Part shown: positions 12,605 through 25,885 of the stretch, piece by piece
How the letters are laid out: each line of letters starts with the position of its first letter
Position numbering within the stretch: the stretch's first letter is position 1
Assembly (NCBI GenBank): GCA_026770705.1
Contig: JANJGN010000001.1
Location: 142,290,001-142,354,000 of the forward strand
DNA from: Isurus oxyrinchus
Lineage: Eukaryota
Length of the DNA stretch: 64,000 bases
Direction of reading: 5' to 3'
Made by a program: the position numbers and the translations under genes
The notes under the pieces: generated by a model
Database searches by the model: none
Told to the model about the DNA's origin: nothing
What the model saw: only the letters and a program-made list of their open reading frames with translations

Positions 12605-13019
12605 CGGGCATCTGAGGTGGAATGGCCATTGATTGTTAATGAAGGAACCTTTTCCTTTGACTCAGAAAAACTAACTTATAGGGAAATTATCTTTGGAGAT
12701 GTCCTTATAGAGTTTGTCACCTTTGCAGTTCAGGCTCAAATGAACTGTGCTTCATGAAAAGTGTGAATAACGATTAGGTTTCTTTCCTCCCTTACTGGTC
12801 CGAAGCTGAACTTTTTTTCTCTCTCTCTTTCTTTTGGGTGTCACAGTTGCCTGCAGATACTAAGATAAAGTGAGAGCTGAGGCTTATGAAATTTAAGGGT
12901 AAATTCAGCGCTCTTGTGTTCCCAGTGGGGAGTTAAGATTAAAAGGAAGATGGCTGGAGAACTGGTGCTGTCATCTTTATTGCATTTATGCAAGGGTCAC
13001 AGTACACAGGACTACTGTC

Positions 13020-13690
13020 ACAACATCAGATTGTATTTATATATCACCTTTCATGAAGTGAAATGCCCCAAGGTTCTTCACAGGATCATTATCAAACAAA
13101 ACATGACACTGAGTCACAAAAGGAGATATTGCGACAGGTGACAAAAAGCCTGGTTAAAGATGTAAGTTTTAAGGAGCATCTTAAAGGTGGAAAACAAGAT
13201 AGGGAAGCAAGGACCTTTAGGGAGGGAATACCAGTCAAAGGCATGGCCAACAGTGGTGTACTTATGAAAATTGGAGATGCTCATGTGGCCAGAATTAGAG
13301 GAGTGCAGATGTCTCAGAGGGTTCTGGGCCTGGAGGAGATTACAAAGATAGGGAGCCGGGGAGATGCCCATGGAAGGATTTGGAAACGAGGATGAGAATT
13401 TTAAAATCAAGGTGTTGCCTAACTGGGAACCAATGTAAGTTAGTGGGCACAGGGGTGAATAGGTGAACGCGACTTGCCATGAGTTAGGGCATAGGCAGCA
13501 AAAAGTTTGGATGACCTCAAGTTTATGGAATGTGGGAGACCAGCCAGAAATGAGTTGGAATTGGCCAGTGTAGAGTTAACAAAGCCATGGAAGAGAGTTT
13601 CAATAGCATATGAAGTAAAACAGGGGTTGGTTTATTAGACGTTACTGATGTGGAAATAGGCAGTTTTATTGATGGCACAGATGTGTGATC
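13020..13690 (-). mobile_element. L2 LINE 3' fragment
   Basis: Reverse of the L2 end seen at 31245-32230. Same family at 18280-18790, 43990-44310 and 48600-49205. Confidence 0.75.
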
Positions 13691-13979
13691 AAGAGTATGT
13701 GAATGGATATTGAATTGTAACTAGTCTAATTGTAAGAGGTTAAGAGGAATGTAACAGAAATTCCTCTGGACCCACTGCTGGCTAGTGCTGTCTCAGGACT
13801 GCCATTTTGTGCTGACATTAGAGGCCCGAAGCCTGTGGTAAAATCCTAACTGTTAATTCTGTTCCTTCCTCCACAAATGCTGCCAGACCTGCATTTTCTT
13901 GTTTTATTGCAGTTACTAAGTTGGATTATAACTTGATGCAATATAGCTTTTCAACTGAATCAGTTCAAAATTCTGTGTC

Positions 13980-14425
13980 AGCAAATGGCTTAATGGATAG
14001 CACTCTTGCCTCTCAGTCAGAGCTTGTGGGTTCAAGTCCACTTGAGCACGCAAGTGTAGGCTGCCATACCAATGCAGTACTGAAGGAGTGCTGCACTGTT
14101 GGAGGTGCTGTCTTGAGGATGACATGTTAAGCTGAAGCTCTGTTCGCCCTCATAGGTGGACATAAAAGATCCCATGATGCTATTTCGAAGAACAGCAGGG
14201 GAGTTATCTCTGGTGTCCGGGCCAATATTTATCCCTCAATCCCAACTTCACTAAATCAAATTATCTGGGTATTATCTCATTGCTGTTTGTGGGAGCTTGC
14301 TGTGCACAAATTGGCTGTCACCTTTCCTACGTTACAACTGTGACTACATTTCAAAAAGTATGAAAAGTGGCTTTGGAACCTCCTATTAGCCTGAAAAAAT
14401 AGTACATAAATGCAAGTCTTTCTCT
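13980..14425 (+). mobile_element. Near-full-length tRNA-derived Deu-type (SacSINE1-like) SINE
   Basis: Head gatagcactcttgcctctcagtcagagcttgtgggttcaagtcc. Core aaaagatcccatgatgctatttcgaagaacagcaggggagtt. Tail ataaatgcaagtctttc. Confidence 0.8.
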
Positions 14426-15699
14426 TTTTAAAATATAAGACATCTCATTGATGGTTGTGGTCCCTGTTTTACTGTCATTGCGTTAAAAATAATCAGTTGA
14501 TTTATTAGAGAAGATTAGTGACCACAATGCAATATTTCTTGGCAAAAACTGACAGGGTAACTTTGTCCTCCCCAGTCGGCACACTGAAGAAAGTTCAGAG
14601 TAATCCATAACTTTTGCGTAAATGATACAGGGATATTGGGAGCCAGCAGCACTGAATTAAAACAGCAATACTGTGCGTATGACAAATGGTGGATGAAAGG
14701 AAATGAAATGTGTGTCTACTCTGGGGCCTAGCTTTTGCTGATTTAACTCCACTTTTCAGCTCTAATATTTCTATGCTTTCATCCATTCCCTAAAATAAGC
14801 AGGGCCATTGAGCAATCCGGCTGCCACATTAACTCTGCCATTGTTGTTTGGACTGACGGCGCTTCATGGTGTCAACGAAAAGGCTGTGCGCCAATGCCTG
14901 ATTCTCTTGAAAGGTGGTGCCATTCTCTCAGCAAGACACCAAAAGGTTTCATTGCTCATCAGGTTCCCAATTCACCTAATTGTATCGCATTTAGAGTAAT
15001 GCTCAAATACAAAGAGGGAAAACCCAGCTGTTGAAACTCCCTGACTGAGCAGATTCATCAGCACCTAAAGCTGTAAAGTGCTACATTATACCCTGTCAGG
15101 TCTTCATGCTTCAGTACATATGCAGTTGACACATTTAAAATCAGAACATTAGGTAGTTAAGGCAATGTCCCCATCACAGCAGTTGATTGAGATTCATTTG
15201 GCTAGTCTTCCAAAATTCTTAGGTGAATTTGTGTCTTGGTGATGAGATGAATTCCTAATGCTGCAAAATCATTTTCTTAACTTCCAACTTATAAGCACAT
15301 TGAGAATGATACTTGAATAGTGTTGATGCATCCTTAAAGTGGCAACATCATTGTAGAATACTGTGTTGTAAGATACTTTGGTTCTGCATTAATAGCTGTA
15401 TCCAATTCACAGACATGAGCTTATGCCCCAAGGCCAACACTGTTGTCAGAAAGCTCGCACCACTCTGGGTGATGATGAAAAATTGTCACTATTGAATTAG
15501 CTGCACATTATATACCCCATCTATTTTTTTTACCTTTGAAGTCAAGGGCTGAGGTGTATGTTGTATGGTCAATTTGATGTCGCCCAAACACATCAGAAAT
15601 TGCGACTGAAAAGAGGTCTGGAAGTTAAGATCAGTCAGGCTTCATGCTGGCCTGTCTAGGTCATCTGAGAGAGTGACCTGCTTGTGGCTTCAGCCTGCC

Positions 15700-16825
15700 A
15701 GTCATGGTTCAGTGGCACAAGTGCTTTGGAGCAGACAGTTGTGGGTTCAAGCCCCACTTCAGAGACATGTGGGAGGGGGGTTGGCACCCCCAGGGTTTGG
15801 GTTGGAACCCCCAGCATTGAGGTCAAATGTGGGCCATGACCTTGCTGTGTGGGGAAAACAGTCACCTGCCAGTGATTTTTCTCGAATTGGCCAATTAGTA
15901 GCCAGAAGACAGGCTCACCATCCAATTATGGGCAGTAGGGGTGGGGAGGGGAGCTTCTCGAAGCTGGTAGGGCTGATAGGAAGCCCTCAGAAAGAGCAGC
16001 AACCTGCAGTTTGGTAAGAGAGAGAGAGAGAGAGGGGGCACCAACATCATGAAACACCCTTCCTGCACATTTTAAAACTTTCATTTTAAAAAATCTGAAA
16101 CTTGAGAGCCCATTCAGACTTTTAGAGACCCTGGCCTTGCTTATTGGAGTCATCAGCGGGTCCATTGTTGGGGATGGACAACCCTGATCTGCTACTGGAA
16201 GGCTGCATCCAGGCAGATGCCTAGCTCCTGACTCTTTGGGGGTCCTTGCAGGCCAACTGGAAAACTCCAGCCAGCCTCTGACAATAGGCTTTAATAGGCC
16301 ACTTATTCCACATAATTGGTTAACTGCCTTTCCCCAATTCTGCCTCTGGGAAAATGGCTCAGTGTTGGGATGGTGCTGGCAAAATGGCACAAATGCTCCT
16401 GCTCGCCTCACTACTTGCCCCTTGTGTAGGGGCAAAAATCCTGCCGCTGGGCACGGAATCAAGGCTGACAGCCCAGTGTAGCACTGAGGAAGTGCTGCAC
16501 AGTCAGAGGTGCCAACTTTCAGAGGAGATGCTAGATGGAGGCCTTGTCTGCTTTCTTGCATGTATAGGAAAGACCCATGGCACTAATGAAAAAGAGAATG
16601 GAGTCCCCCCACCAACACCCCCACACACACACCCCTCCCCCCCCACCCGACGAGCATCACTTTTACAGGTTATTTGTCCCCCTGCTGTTTGTGGGAGCTT
16701 GCTGTGCACAAACTGACTGCTATATTTCTTACATTAAAACACTTCAAAAAGTACTTTGGGTGTAGGGCACTTTGAGATGTCCCGATGTTGTGAAAGGAGC
16801 TAAATAAAGGCAAATTCCTTCTTTT
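15700..16825 (+). mobile_element. Deu-type SINE interrupted by a MITE-like insert (about 15770-16447)
   Basis: SINE head gtgggttcaagccccacttcagagac, resuming at about 16450 (aatcaaggctgacagcccagtgtagcactgagg). Insert ends in aaaatcctgcc. Confidence 0.6.
16091..16150. repeat. 60-bp inverted copy of 16965-17024
   Basis: Reverse complement of 16965-17024 with one mismatch (59/60). Confidence 0.95.
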
Positions 16826-17214
16826 TTAAACATATCAGTGAATCAATAGTGTCCCCGCTTCTCAACATGCTCCTACCTGTCATTTAAACCACTGTTTTAA
16901 GAGCTGGTCAGAGGTCACAAGAACTGGGGCCCTCTGGTGCAATTAGGACCCCGGTACCGGTTTAACTCCAATAAGCAAAGCCAGGGTCTCTAAAAGTCTG
17001 AATGGGCTCTCAAGTTTCAGATTTCTAAGTGCAAAGCAACGGCCAATACAACGTTGACGTAGGGCATTCTCAGCCAATACCATTCAAAAAACAGTTGGAT
17101 TACGTCGGCATTCATCTCACTGCTGTCTCTGGAAAGTTCCTGGTGCAGATTAGCTTACGTTTAACCACACTCCACTCTGCACTTCATTCACACCATGACT
17201 GAACTGCTTTTTTA

Positions 17215-17580
17215 TACTCATACTTGGGATGTGAGAATACGAACATACAAATGAGGAGCAGGAGTCGGCCATTTGGTGGGAAGGCCACCAGCCCTTTCCT
17301 CTTGAGGCTGAATGGTTTGCTGGGCCATTTCAGAAGGTGGAGCCGGAGTCACATGTAGGTCAGACCGATTGGTGACGGCAGATTTCCTTTTCCTGAAGCA
17401 AATGGCTTTTTATGACAAACTACGAGCTCCACGACCAATATTAATGAGGCTAGCATTTCATTCCAGATTTATTAGCCAATTTAATTTAACTGTCCCATGG
17501 TGGGATTTGAACTCATGTCTGTGGAGCATTCGTCCAGACCTCTGGATTACTAGTCCAGTAACATTATGACCAGGCTACTG
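17215..17580 (-). mobile_element. tRNA-derived SINE (same family as 795)
   Basis: Ends ggattactagtccagtaacattatgac. Contains ggagtcacatgtaggtcagacc. Confidence 0.7.
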
Positions 17581-18279
17581 ACCGCCTATTAGTCTTATTA
17601 AGCTGAGGGAGTTTTTGGCTCCATGTGTTATCATTTCCAACATATTTCTTGTGAATTGCCTTCCTGTGAAAAACTTTTCATTCCCCATAAGAGCTGGAAA
17701 TTGGAGGTGCTCTGTGGAGCACACACTACCTGCTTGGCTGTGATAAGGCAACATGGAAATGAAAGTATAATTATTTATTTTATCACTTCTTTGCAGGTGA
17801 ACTTGCCTAGGGAACATTTGGGCTCCAATCCATTTAAAAATCAAAGGAATTTTACAGTACAGGGCCATTCGGCCCATCAAGTCTGTGCTGGCTCTGTGAA
17901 AGAGATGTCCACAGGCCAGTTCCTCGTCCCTACCACGATAATTTTCTTTGGAATATTTATCCCGTTTCCTTTCTCAAAGCTGTTCTGCGTCCTGCTCGGG
18001 TTTTCGTTTCTGAAAAGTCTCCACAACCAAAATAAAAAGCCTCGTAGCCCAAAGCCGTACGGTGGCATCTTAAATCGATGTCCTCTGTGGAATCACAACA
18101 ATAAAATTAAACAAACTGCCCCCTTTCTAAATTCATAAGAACCAATTAGTGATGGGCTATTTCAGGTCTCAGTAATTGTATTTCAGATTTCCAAATGGAA
18201 AAGGTAAACATTGCAAAAAAAAAGGAATGATCTTCCCCACCCTTCTTTAGTAAGTAAACCTAGAATGTCTTCAACTGAT

Positions 18280-18790
18280 ACAACAACAACTACTTGCATT
18301 TATCTAGTGCCTATAATGGAGTAAAACATCCCAAGGTGCTTCGCAGGAGCGTTATCAAATAAACTTCGACAGCGAGTCACAGGGGAGATTAGGTCAGTTG
18401 ACCAAAAGCTTCGTCAAAGAGATAGTTTTTAAGGGGCATCTTAAAGGAGGGAATAAAGGTAACAGGACAGGGTGGTTTAGGGAGGGAATTCCAGAGCTTA
18501 AGGCTGAGGAAACTGAGAACATGGCCACGACTGGTGGAGAGGTGAAAATTGGAATCGGGGGAGCATCGACCTCTCAGAGAGTTGCAAGGCTGGAGGAGGA
18601 GAGAAAGGGATTTGAAAACAAGGATGAGAATTTTGAAATGGAGGTGTTGCTTCACTGGGATCCAATGTAGATCAGCAAGCACAGGGATAATGGGCGAATG
18701 GGATGAGCATACGGGTTGTAGAGTTTTGGATGACCTTAGGGTTATGGAGGGTGGAAAGTGAGAGGCTGGCCAGGATTGCGTTGGAACATC
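18280..18790 (-). mobile_element. L2 LINE 3' fragment
   Basis: Minus-strand translation PVLADLHWIPVKQHLHFKILILVFKSL ... KLWNSLP. Confidence 0.8.
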
Positions 18791-18879
18791 CTCACGCCTG
18801 AATTGCAATTGGGAATAGAATTTTTACCTCATTGCTCCCCCTCCCTTCTCTCTTGAACAGGGGCATTAGGACTAATTGA

Positions 18880-19225
18880 AGGACCTGTTTTCAAAATGAT
18901 GAGAGGTTTTGATCGAGTACATAGAGGAAACCTATTTCTTGTGCAGAGTGGATCAATGACCACAGGTCAAAGATTTAGAATCATTAGCAATAAATCTAGA
19001 TAGGAGATGTGAAGAAGCTTTTTACACTCAAAGAGTTGTCGGGACCTGGAACGCTCTACCTGAAAATTTGGTGGAAGCTGATTCCATGGTCAATTTTAAA
19101 AGGGAGTTGGACAGATACTTGAGGATGAGGAACTGACAGGGTTACAGTCAAAAAGCGAAGATGTGGAACTAATTGGATAGCTCTTTCAAAGAGCCGGCAC
19201 AGGCACAATGCAGCAAATGGCCTCT
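18880..19225 (+). mobile_element. CR1 LINE 3' fragment
   Basis: ttttcaaaatgatgagaggttttgat ... ctggaacgctctacctgaa ... ttttaaaagggagttggacagatac. Confidence 0.7.
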
Positions 19226-20519
19226 TTGGTATAGTTCACTACTGATATCCTGATATCCAAGCATCAAAGCAAGTAGGACACAGGACTTATAAACAGGGGT
19301 AGGCCATTCAGCCCTTCAAGCCTACCTCAGCATTTAATAAGATCATGGCTGATCTGGTTGTGGCTTCAACTCCACTTTGCCTTCTGCCCCCACTCCCGGC
19401 CCTTGACTCCCTTGTCCAGGTGCCTCCAGCTAGAAGCGAGAGCCCTTTGAGAGCTTCCTAGATGTGCCTCCATACACTTGCTAACCATCAGGAAATCCTC
19501 TTTAGTTTTAATCAGATCTGTTCCAGGTTTGGAGTTAATGGTGCAGAATTAGAAAGTTTCCTTTAAAATTTGTGGATTGTTCCACAGGTGCTTTTAGGCC
19601 ATTTTAACTGTCAGGAATTGAGGCGAGTCATGCAGGTTGGAAACAGGAATGGTAGAATTTTACAACTGTTAATGGGTTAATTGGAATTGATTGAATTGTA
19701 GAGTTGATTGACTTTGACGGTTTGGTTAACTGGATAAAACATGGCCATGAGAACTCTGTCTTGCTGGTGTGTCGGTAATAATTACAAACGTAGCACGATA
19801 GACCAGCCTGAGCAGGGAGCGGCAAATCATGGACTGAGACTGGAGACGGGGTTGGTGATTAACCTTAATTGATTCAAACAGTTTGGCTCAAGGAGAACAA
19901 CCGCCAGAAGCTTGGTTGCTGAAGCTCGAAACATAATTTTGTCCACTATTGTGTCGAGATAAAGGTGCTGAGGGAACACAACGGAGATGTGAGGCAGTGC
20001 CAGCTATGTCGGCTATGAAGAAAACACGTGAAAGCTGATGAGATAATGAACTCACTTATTACAGCCAAACTGTACAAAAGTGCTCGCCTGAGGACAATGG
20101 ACACTGCAGTCAGGAACCGGTGGTCCAGTCAACCATCAGAAGCTGCAGAGGGACAGGACATCCATTCCCAAGCAAAGGCAAACTCAAACAGCTAGGGTGA
20201 GAATATTGTTAATGCATCTGATGATCAAAAAAAATGTTACTGCGTTTAACAAGAATATTTTGCTTTTGCCTGATTCATTGTCATCTAGAGTAAGGGTCTA
20301 AACTTATTAGGATCTTTAAAGGTCCTTATAGGAGCAGGGCTTTCTCACAAGGCCTTTCTCACTTAGCACTTGCCTGGAGAACCTTTGTTCCAGAGGAACA
20401 AAAAATTAAAAGTCAAACGGAATTTTGCAACAGGATGGTCAAATGTCAGGCTTGACCCAATGTCCATACTTTTTCGCTGAGTCAGAGAGTCATGTGGTAA
20501 ATCCTCATTCCCCGATTCT

Positions 20520-20885
20520 GGACTGTCACTTGAGTGTTGTATGCAAGAGTACCAGGCACTCAAAGCAATTGCTGTACTTGGAACTCAGTCATGGCAGGAG
20601 GGCAGTGGAAATGTCTTACGGATGCCCTCAAAGCATCACTGAAGAAATCAAACATTCCCGACGAGTCATGGGAGTCCCTGGCTTGTGGCTGGCCAAACTG
20701 GCGAAGACTCATCCAGGAAGGCACCGAACACATCGGGAGTCTTTGTCGGGAACACACAGAGGCGTAGTGTTGAAGGGAGTGCACAAAACTCAAAACAACC
20801 CATCCCTCCAAGAACCACCTGCCCCACAGTCTGTAGATCGTGCACTGGATGTGGCAGCCACTTCAGAACTTATCGAACCAGAATG
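20520..20885 (+). mobile_element. RTE-clade LINE 3' fragment (degenerate)
   Basis: Across frames: KQLLYLELSHG / GGQ..DALKASLKKSNIPDESWESLA..PNWRRLIQEG, followed by a Cys/His-rich tail. Confidence 0.75.
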
Positions 20886-22129
20886 GAAGCAAATCATCTG
20901 CCCACTTGGGAGCATGCAAGGAGTGGTCCATTGTCACCTTTAAAATGAGTTTGTTATACTGTGGTTTCCGCTATCTTTTCAGGTGGATGTAAAAGATCCC
21001 ATGGCATCATTCCAAGATGTTGGAAGGGACTTTTCTTAGGAGTCCAATCCAACATCTATCCCTCAACTGAAAGCAGTAAACACAGATCGAATGAGGATTT
21101 ATCACATCGATGTTTGTGGGACTTCATTGTATGCAAATTGGCTGTTGTGATTTCTTACATTACAATACTACACTTCAGGACATGAAAGTCATGATATAAA
21201 TCCAAGTTTTCTTTTGGTAATGCATTCATAGGGTTAACTTGGCTTATGAAATCAGACAGAAGGCTTCCATGGCAATAAGTGAAACTTAAAGTATCATGAA
21301 GAGGAACACTGCGCAGATCTATTAATAACATGAAGCATGGCTGCATCCAGATTGCTGGTTCAATTTACGTGAGAAAGTTTGTGAAATCACTGCACCTACC
21401 CCTGTGGGTAATGAGTCAACAGTGGCTGTGGATCATTGATTGGAAAGCGTTTCTGAGAGAAGTGAAAGACCTCTTCATGTGAACAGCTTATCTGTTCACA
21501 GGCTGCATTTCAATGCACATCATTCTCACTATGCCCTTGATCACAATATTTTAAACTCTCCCCTTTTTGCGCCATTTTTTTACTACTGATTTCTGCTCTT
21601 AAAAAACACACATCAATCCATGGACTTTCTTAATGATACAACTGGTGCTTGGGATCTGAAGCTTAATTTATGTTTGTTTGACGGATAGCCACTAAGGGCA
21701 CTAGAGCAAGTCCCCAGCAGCTACTTTGGTTTTGGATTTGGAAATCCATTTATCTAATCCCCCAGAACCTTTTAAATGGAACTTTGAAGTTTGATAACGG
21801 TGAACTGATGGGGTGTGCTCTGTTGATTTAGATGGAGATTATCGTGCGTCTGATGATATTCTGAATCTCAGAATTGGATTGGAGCTGTTCTGACAAGAAA
21901 TAGACAGATTGGTTATTTAGAGGACAAGCTAGTTAACTAGTGGACAGGCTGGTTAACCAGTGGACGGGCCAGTTATTCCTTGAACAATTTAATTTTTCAG
22001 TGAACTGAGTTCCCAAAATGTAGATTCAACACCAGACATCTATTTTTTAAGAATATTTAAAAAAAAAATATGATTTGAGTGTTTTCAATGTATTTGAATC
22101 ATCTGCAGAGCCAACCACTGTAATTCCAG

Positions 22130-22339
22130 AATAAAAATGAGAAGTTCTGGGGGTACTCAGCAAATCTGGAGGCATCTGTGGAGAGAGAAACAGAGTTTTC
22201 GTGAAGAAGAGTCATATTGGACTTGAAACGTTAACTCTGTTCCACTATCCACAGAAGCTGCCAGACCTGCTGAGTATTTCCAGCACTTTCTGTTTTTATT
22301 TCAGATTTTCAGCATCTGCAGTGTTTTGCTTTCATCTCA
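22130..22339. mobile_element. Fold-back Penelope pLTR-tail unit with a degenerate hammerhead
   Basis: Arm 22130-22198 is the reverse complement of about 22233-22300. Centre gtgaagaagagtc-atattg-gactt-gaaacgttaact. Perfect 9-bp direct repeat TAATTCCAG at 22121-22129 and 22340-22348. Confidence 0.75.
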
Positions 22340-23821
22340 TAATTCCAGTCATTTTTTTTCTCTTTCCAACACAGATTTGTGTGTAGTGGGAAATTAAGTT
22401 AAGCATCAACGCTCTGTTTCTTGAATAATAGCTTAAACTGTAAAGCAATTTTGGGATATTTGGGGCAGGACTTATTGCAATGAGATAAATGTTATTTCTC
22501 GCTCTGTTGATGTCTTGCACTTGTGTCTAAGTGAAGGCAGCACTATTAGGCTCTTGATGCTGCCCAAATGGTCAATTAAATAAACAAGCTGATGATAGAA
22601 ACTTTAGATAGGACACCATCTGACTTGTCTTCAAATGGTCCCAAAGAATCTTTTGCCAATGTCTTAATTGATTACATTGTTAAGGTTTAATGACAATAAT
22701 ATTGTTAAACAGGTGATGGGTATTTGCACACTTTTAAATGGGGATAGCTGGGACACTGGGCGCAGCAGTAGATTTGACTGTGAGCTAATTCAATAAACTT
22801 GCTCCAGCAAAGAAAGCAGCTGTTTCTTTGTTCACTTTATCAACCCCGTGTGGATCTGGGTGACATCTTTCATTCCGATCAAAGCAAGGTACCATTTTCA
22901 CAATTTACCTCAAAGGGCCTGTCTCTGATAGTGCAGCACTGTCTCCATGAAACGTGAACTCATAACCTTCAGACTTATTGGTAAGCATGCTACCAACTAC
23001 CTGAATGCTGTTTCTTTACCAGTAGTGTGACTGTCTAAATATAACGCTTTTTAAATACCAATCCCCTTGTGCAGCAACTGTTGGCACAAGAACAGACTTT
23101 AATGATAGTGAGCTGAGCTTTTGAAGAGATAAATCCTATGAGTATTTGAATTGTGAACTTGGATCCAGATTAGTGGAACCTTTCAACGTTTGCATGTGAT
23201 GAGGAGCGATCTGAAGTGAACAATATTTGAAAATCAAAGCACCGAGAGAGCTCTGTTTCAGGCCTCTTACAATCTCATTTCCTGAAATATGGTTTACTGG
23301 GAAAACCTGTAGTGTTTTGAAAATTCTTATTCTGCACTTTTGCGAATTTGTGACCACGCTCACTCTTTCTGCTCATTAAAAAACAAACCTTTCTTAGCGT
23401 GGGTGAAGCTCGAAACTTAGAAATTAACACTGAATTAACAGAAGAAGCAGCTGCTGGGGTTGGAGAAGGGAAATACGAAGTAAGAAGGAAGCCAGTGCTT
23501 TCACAGGACTTTGCATTGACATATGCATCTTATTGTCAGCTGTGGCTCAGTGCTAAGCAGCATCATCTCTGGGCTGCATTTTACCTGCCCCTGTTGGGTG
23601 TGTTTTCAGTGGGGGGGCCATGTAAGATTGGGCAGGTTCCCACCACACCACCTTCCCGCCCTCCCCGAGCTTACCCCCATAATGTGGGGCGGGTGGGAGG
23701 GTAGGTGGGTGCTGAAATCGGCAGGCTTGCCATATTTAAATAGATAATCAAGGATCAAGGAGGCTTGTTACCTGATAATCTGCTACCCATGCCATAATAC
23801 ATTTGGCATGGGAACCTGGGT

Positions 23822-24572
23822 GGGAGTGTATTTTCTAAATGGGGAGAGAATTCAGAAATCTGGAGTGCAAAGGGACTTGGGAGTCCTAGTCCAGGATTCT
23901 CTTAAGGTTAAGTTGGTAGTTAGGAAGGCAAATGCAATGTTGGCATTTATTTCGAGAGGACTAGAATATAAAAGCAGGGATGTGCTGCTGAGACTTTATA
24001 AGGCTCTGGTCAGACCACATTTAGAATATTGTGAGTAATTTTGGGCCCCGTATCTCAGGAAGGATGTGCTGGCCCTGGAGAGGGTCCAGAGGAGGTTCAC
24101 AAGAATGATCCCAGGAATGAAAGGCTTAACATATGAGGAACAGTTGAGGACTCTGGGTCTATACGTGATGGAGTTTAGAAGGATGAGGGGGGGATCTGAT
24201 TGAAACTTACAGAATACTGAAAGGCCTGGATAGAGTGGACGTGGGGAAGATGTTTCCATTAGTAGGAGAGACTAGGACCTGAGGGCACGGCCTCAGAGTA
24301 AAGGGAAGACCTTTTAGAATGAGAAGACATGAGGAGAAACTTCTTTAGCCAGAGAGTGGTGAATCTATGGAATTCATTGCCTCAGAAGGCTGTGGAGGCC
24401 AGGTCATTGAGTGTAGTTAAGACTGAGATAGATAGGTTCTTGATTGGTAAGGGGATCAAAGGTTACGGGGAGAAGGCGGGAGAATGGGGTTGAGAAACTT
24501 ATCAGCCATGATTGAATGGCGGAGCAGACTCAATGGGCTGAATGGCCTAATTTCTGCTCCTACGTCTTATGG
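23822..24572 (+). mobile_element. CR1 LINE 3' fragment (ORF2 C-terminus + 3' UTR)
   Basis: VQRDLGVLV...ANAMLAFISRGLEYKSRDVLLRLYKALVRPHLEYC. Tail gatgggctgaatggcctaatttctgctcctacgtcttatggtctta. Confidence 0.9.
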
Positions 24573-25813
24573 TCTTATCCTTACAATTCTTTGGGTGAAA
24601 GTTTCTTCTGAATTCCCTACTGGTGATTATCTTATATTGATGGCCTTTACTTATGATCTTCCCTTGAAAAGGAAACATTCTCTCTGCATCCACTCCAGCA
24701 AAATCCTTCATAATTTTAAAGACCTCCACTAGATCACCCCTCATCCTTTATTCAAGGGGACATCAAGTTTGATGTTAAGGCGACAGAGGGCACAGTACAG
24801 ATTCATTAGGATATGAGAAGATACAGAATTAAGAGTAAAAAAGAATTGAAGTTGTTCTTATTAGATGTTTTAGTAGCAGCTTTTAAAACTATGAAGGAAT
24901 GGGCCAGAGTGCATAAAAATAGATTGTCTAGAATGAGGGGCATAGATACAATGCAAGAGGTTTAAGACAGAGCGCAGGAGAAATAGTTTTACACAGAGAA
25001 TTGAGAGACTGGAATGAACTTGCGGAGTTAAAGGTTAGAATAGGGATACTTTTAAGGATGTTAGATGGGTGTTTGAAAGAAAGGGAATAAGTGAAGTGGG
25101 CACAGTAGATTAGGACTCCTGCCCATGTGAATGCTAAATACCCCCTTTTCCATGTTGTGATTTCTATGTAATTCCATGTATTCAGTTAATTGCTCAGAAC
25201 TGGGAAAGCGAAGAAACACTATAATTAGCAATCATTATAAACTGAGCCTGATTCTGTCCCTGCCTCAGTCCACTTGATGCTGAAACCATCTGTTCTACTG
25301 ACCAGTCTCCCATCTTCTTCTGCAAACACTGGCTCATCTAAAACTCATTGGCCACTGGTTGAAAAATGTCTTGAATGTAAACTTCTTATTATCCTTGTGT
25401 TCAAATCCCTCCACTACCTCCTCCAACCCTCTGAGATCTCTGCCCTCCTCCAATTCTGCTCTTTCAGCATTCCTGATTTCCATCATGGCCATGCCTTCAG
25501 CTGCTGGGTCCTAAGCTCTGGAATTCCCTCCCTGAACCTCTCTGCCGACCTACTATGATTTTTGCGGAGATTAAGAACTCTGTATAATTTAAAATAGGAA
25601 TTTTTAATCTGCTTTGTTGTTTATTGCAGAAATAAATCCTTTGTTTTCCTAAAACTGCCTCTACAAAAAGACCTCTCCCCCTGACTGATAACTTCCTATC
25701 TGCTCTCTGCAGTTTCTCAAAGAACTTTTATTTAGATTTTGTTTTGCTTTTTAAATTAATCATCCACCTGCTTCCTGCACATAGAGCACAGGCCACGAGA
25801 AAAGACAGACTTG

Positions 25814-25885
25814 CATTTATATAGCGCTCTTCATTTATATAGTGCTCTTCATTTATATAGTGCTCTTCATTTATATAGTGCTCTT
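25814..25885. repeat. 18-bp minisatellite, 4 copies, at the tail of a minus-strand Deu-type SINE (25800-26185)
   Basis: catttatatag(c/t)gctctt x4. Confidence 0.9.

Noticed and set aside
22585-22610. ctgatgatagaaac as a hammerhead
   Set aside because: No helix II or helix I pairing and no element context. The same applies to CTGATGA at about 7261 and 20034.
12504-25885. CRISPR-like arrays from the tandem repeats
   Set aside because: No unique spacers, no cas genes, and a eukaryotic context.
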